Positions 63,751-64,000 of a DNA stretch of 64,000 bases are shown here, piece after piece. Below the pieces are notes generated by a model that was not told the DNA's origin, did no database searches, and worked only from the letters and a program-made list of their open reading frames with translations. Source of the DNA: Wickerhamiella versatilis (Eukaryota). The translations under genes were made by a program, and so were the position numbers. Location of the stretch: assembly GCA_030867685.1 (NCBI GenBank), contig JAQOWU010000003.1:992001-1056000 (forward strand), given 5' to 3'. Each line of letters begins with the position of its first letter. The first letter of the stretch is position 1.

Positions 63751-64000
63751 CTATGGCAAAATATTGCTATCAAGAGACCGGAGATGGTGCCGCACTTTGT
63801 CCTTAGAATGAACAGGACTTGGTTTAGCAGGCTGCTCTGGGAATAGTGCACGTCCCAGGGACATTCCAGGTGCTAGTGAACTGTTACTTTGCTGCCTCCA
63901 CCTCATATGCCCAGCACGCGTAAATTCATCAGCGGCTTGTGGAGAACCCCACGTGTGATCAAACTGTTTCCCGGCAAGACCAGTCAAATGACTCAATGTT
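63751..64000 (-). CDS. Possible 3' end of a gene entering from the right edge
   Basis: Frame is open from the window edge to TAG at 63751, followed by AT-rich terminator-like DNA. No recognisable motif. Confidence 0.4.
   Translation of the reverse strand, partial: TLSHLTGLAGKQFDHTWGSPQAADEFTRAGHMRWRQQSNSSLAPGMSLGRALFPEQPAKPSPVHSKDKVRHHLRSLDSNILP

Overview
Eukaryotic window from a very compact, almost intron-free budding yeast genome (Saccharomycotina). It holds about 38 protein-coding genes, many separated by only 20-200 bp. CTG appears to encode Leu (for example in the conserved GLRD motif of arginase), so this is not a CTG-clade yeast. The compaction suggests the Wickerhamiella/Starmerella group, which is an inference. 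Most genes are recognisable housekeeping orthologues: AVO3 (partial), an aldehyde dehydrogenase, QRI7, PEX2, HSP10, AVO1, ATP19, BRX1, MDM20, SPA2, ORM, DDL1, SFM1, MRPS9, PRC1, EGH1, SPT15, BRR2, MCP2, TUB4, MEU1, GDS1, a G1 cyclin, DCP2, SEC20, KAE1, YAF9, TAF8, FCP1, TPS1, MDV1, COA2, CCT7, CAR1 and BNA3. All identifications are by eye from remembered family motifs; no database search was run. I saw no tRNA, rRNA, transposon or CRISPR array, and no clear-cut new multi-gene system. The best leads are: (1) an NAD(P)-binding oxidoreductase that looks actinobacterial and may be a horizontal transfer; (2) an out-of-frame AUG 10 nt upstream of KAE1 that is also a perfect Gcn4 site, a possible t6A feedback switch; (3) divergent gene pairs with only 35-36 bp between start codons; (4) a shrunken Brr2 C-terminal helicase cassette; (5) a candidate structured ncRNA upstream of ATP19; (6) candidate introns in the SPT15 leader and MEU1; (7) a uORF ahead of the G1 cyclin.
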